Assembly (NCBI GenBank): GCA_963724765.1
Contig: CAVRVY010000002.1
Span: 32,001 to 96,000, forward strand
From: an uncultured delta proteobacterium
GTDB taxonomy: Bacteria > Desulfobacterota > Binatia > Binatales > Binataceae
Length of the DNA stretch: 64,000 nucleotides
Reading direction: 5' to 3'
The notes under the pieces were generated by a model. That model saw only the letters and a program-made list of their open reading frames with translations. It was not told the origin of the DNA and searched no databases. The translations under genes and the position numbers were made by a program. This document shows, piece by piece, positions 61,554 through 64,000 of the stretch. How positions within the stretch are numbered: position 1 is the stretch's first letter; the number at the start of each line of letters is the position of its first letter.

Positions 61554-62621
61554 ATGAGGATTGTGCGCAACGTACTGCTGCCTATTGTCGTGTCGCTGAT
61601 GGGCGTGGGGCTTGTGACCTTGGGCAGCCGTTTCGGCGCGAGACTTGATTGCGGCGCGGCGCTCGGCGCCGAGGGCGCGATCACTTTGCAGGGCACCGGC
61701 GCGACGTTTCCGGCGCCGCTCTATCAAAAGTGGTTCACCGAATATAACAAGGCGCATCCCGACGTGCAGATCAATTATCAGGCGCTAGGCAGCGGCGCCG
61801 GAATAAAGCAGTTCCAGCAAAACCTGGTCGACTTCGGGGCCAGCGATGCGGCGATGACCGACGAGGAGATGGCCGCGGTCAAAGACGGGGTCGTGCTGCT
61901 CCCGATGACCGCTGGCGCAATCGTGCTCGCCTACAATCTGCCCGACGGTCCGAGCGAGCTTAAGCTCTCGCGCGAGGCTTACGTGGGAATCTTCCTCGGC
62001 AAAATCACCCAATGGAATGACCCGGTTATCGCCAAGGCTAACCCGGGAGCGAAACTGCCGGACACCAAGATAACCGTCGTGGTCCGCTCGGATGGAAGCG
62101 GTACCACCTTCGTCTTCACCTCGCACTTAAGCGCCATCAGCGATGCCTGGAAGAGCGGGCCGGGCGCGGGCAAGTCGGTCAACTTTCCGACTGCGGTGGC
62201 AGGCAAGGGCAACCCCGGTGTGACCGCGCTGATCAAGGAGACTCCGGGCGCGATCGGTTACGTCGAGTACGGTTACGCGGTGCAGACCAAGATGCCGATG
62301 GCGTCGCTCGAGAACAAGCGCGGCAAATACGTGAAGGCCGGTCTGGCGACCGGCAAGGACGCGCTCGCGAGCGTTCAGTTGCCGGCCAACCTGCGCGCGT
62401 GGATCACCGATCCCACAGGCGCGCAGTCCTATCCAATCGTCACTTATACCTGGTTGCTTTGCTACAAAAAGTATAAAGACCCGAAGACCGCCGCCACTCT
62501 CAAGTCCGTGATTCAATACGGCCTCACCCAGGGCCAGTCGTTCAGCGTCGATCTCGGCTATATCCCGCTACCCGCGAACGTCGTGGACGCGGTCACCAAG
62601 GCGCTCCAACAGATCTCATGA
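61554..62621 (+). CDS. pstS: phosphate ABC transporter substrate-binding protein
   Basis: GTGATFPAPLY, GSGAG, DFGASD, RSDGSGTT, YPIVTYT. Confidence 0.95.
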   Translation: MRIVRNVLLPIVVSLMGVGLVTLGSRFGARLDCGAALGAEGAITLQGTGATFPAPLYQKWFTEYNKAHPDVQINYQALGSGAGIKQFQQNLVDFGASDAAMTDEEMAAVKDGVVLLPMTAGAIVLAYNLPDGPSELKLSREAYVGIFLGKITQWNDPVIAKANPGAKLPDTKITVVVRSDGSGTTFVFTSHLSAISDAWKSGPGAGKSVNFPTAVAGKGNPGVTALIKETPGAIGYVEYGYAVQTKMPMASLENKRGKYVKAGLATGKDALASVQLPANLRAWITDPTGAQSYPIVTYTWLLCYKKYKDPKTAATLKSVIQYGLTQGQSFSVDLGYIPLPANVVDAVTKALQQIS

Positions 62622-63709
62622 CCCCAGGCGAGGCTGGAGCAGCGCGTAATATCTTCCACCCCGGCGGGCACCCAGGAGATGAAGTGATAGTGCCTGCCGG
62701 GACGAACATATCTCGGCCCCCCTCCGCATTCGAGATCGCCGCCGATCGCATATTTCGGCGCTGTACGCTGGCCATCGCATGGTTCACGGTCATTCTCGTC
62801 TTCTGCGTGGTCTTCAGTATCGGGCGGCAGGCGATGCCGTCGATTCGCAGCTATGGCCTGGGTTTTCTGAGCGGAACCGCCTGGGACTCCAATCGCGCGC
62901 AGTTCGGAATCCTGCCGGCGATCGTCGGGACTTTGTATAGTTCGATACTCGGATTGGCCATCGGAACGGTCTTTGGCCTGGCTATTGCCATATTTCTGAG
63001 CGAAGGCTTCCTGTCCTCCGGACTTGATACCGCGCTCGGCTACTTGCGGCTGTCAGAGTATTCGTGGCTGAACTCGTTACCCAGACGCCTCGAGAATGTG
63101 CTCAAAATCACCGTCGAGTTGCTGGCCGCGATCCCCAGCGTCGTTTACGGGCTGTGGGGAATCTTTGTCGTGATTCCATTCGTCCGTCCGCCGGCGAACT
63201 GGCTGCACTCGCATCTCGGATGGATTCCGATTTTCGGCACTGGCCTTAGCGGTCCCGGGTTGCTGCCGGCTTCGATCGTGCTGGCAATCATGGTGCTGCC
63301 GACCATCTCCGCCATTTCGCGCGACGCGCTGGTCGCGGTGCCGCCGAAACTGCGCGAAGCCGCCTTCGGGATGGGCGCCACGCGCTGGGAGGCGATCCTG
63401 GCGATTTTCGTGCCGACCGCGGCGACCGGAATTTTCGGCGCGGTCATCCTGGGGTTCGGCCGCGCGCTGGGCGAGACGATGGCGCTCGCGATGCTGGCGG
63501 GCAACGCCAATGTAATCAGTTGGTCGCTCTTTTCGCCGGCCAATACGCTCGCGGCGCTGCTCGCAAATCATTTTCCGGAAGCCGACAAAATCGAAATCGG
63601 CGCCCTGATGTACGCCGCCCTGGTGCTGCTGGCAATTACCTTGGTGGTCAATATCATCGGCACCTTGATCCTTCAGCGCGCCGACGCGGGCCTCAAGGGG
63701 TTGCGCTGA
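62618..63709 (+). CDS. pstC: phosphate ABC transporter permease
   Basis: ELLAAIPSVVYGLWG, EAAFGMGATRWE, GRALGETMA. Confidence 0.95.
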   Translation: MTPGEAGAARNIFHPGGHPGDEVIVPAGTNISRPPSAFEIAADRIFRRCTLAIAWFTVILVFCVVFSIGRQAMPSIRSYGLGFLSGTAWDSNRAQFGILPAIVGTLYSSILGLAIGTVFGLAIAIFLSEGFLSSGLDTALGYLRLSEYSWLNSLPRRLENVLKITVELLAAIPSVVYGLWGIFVVIPFVRPPANWLHSHLGWIPIFGTGLSGPGLLPASIVLAIMVLPTISAISRDALVAVPPKLREAAFGMGATRWEAILAIFVPTAATGIFGAVILGFGRALGETMALAMLAGNANVISWSLFSPANTLAALLANHFPEADKIEIGALMYAALVLLAITLVVNIIGTLILQRADAGLKGLR

Positions 63710-64000
63710 TGGCGGCGCCGATACAGGGTCCGGCCGCGAGCCCCGAGATTGACCTGGAGGGTCTTGAGCACTCGTTGCGCCGGCCACGCACGCTTTTCAG
63801 CTACCTGATGAGCCTGCTCACCGGTGCGGCCACGATCGCCGCACTTTTTCCTTTGTTCTCAGTGCTTTATCTGCTGGTAGTGCGAGGCGCTGCAACGCTT
63901 AGCCTGAGCACGTTGCGCGACCTTCCGCCCGCCGCGATGGAGGCCGGTGGCGGCTTCGGCAATGCCATCGTGGGCACGTTCGTTGTAGTTGCTATAGCCA
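63709..64000 (+). CDS. pstA: phosphate ABC transporter permease, partial (runs off window)
   Basis: ATG overlaps the pstC stop; PLFSVL...GGGFGNAIVGT. Confidence 0.85.
   Translation, partial: MAAPIQGPAASPEIDLEGLEHSLRRPRTLFSYLMSLLTGAATIAALFPLFSVLYLLVVRGAATLSLSTLRDLPPAAMEAGGGFGNAIVGTFVVVAIA

Overview
High-GC bacterial chromosome segment; gene families suggest Candidatus Binataceae/Binatota (inference). A tRNA-Ser(CGA) at 26516-26606 (-) splits it in two. LEFT (1-26.5 kb) is an accessory island abutting the tRNA 3' end. It has an intact DUF2924 + large serine recombinase (LSR) module and two more LSR C-terminal remnants. It also has a ~9 kb mosaic of 100-350 bp gene fragments (amidohydrolase, higBA, msrA, IS1380, rpoD region 4, histidine kinase) and a TGT-ended IS. 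Its largest cargo is a ~13 kb block (NarL-type regulator, USP, hypAB, group 3b [NiFe]-hydrogenase beta/gamma/delta/alpha, a maturation-protease-HypF fusion, hypCDE, hemerythrin-like protein) whose first and last genes are both truncated. RIGHT (26.7-64 kb) is mostly core genome with one complete IS630: CoA transferases, tadA, hflX (apparent CTG start coupled to an 18-aa uORF), a thiolase-like/DUF35/PHP/MaoC operon, ispG, an RNase HI with a C-terminal Cys4 domain, glgA-galT-lon, hemB, and a phosphate-starvation cluster (phosphodiesterase, unknown secreted protein, pstSCA) with three Pho-box-like promoters. No CRISPR array or rRNA was seen. All family calls are by motif recognition only; no searches were run.
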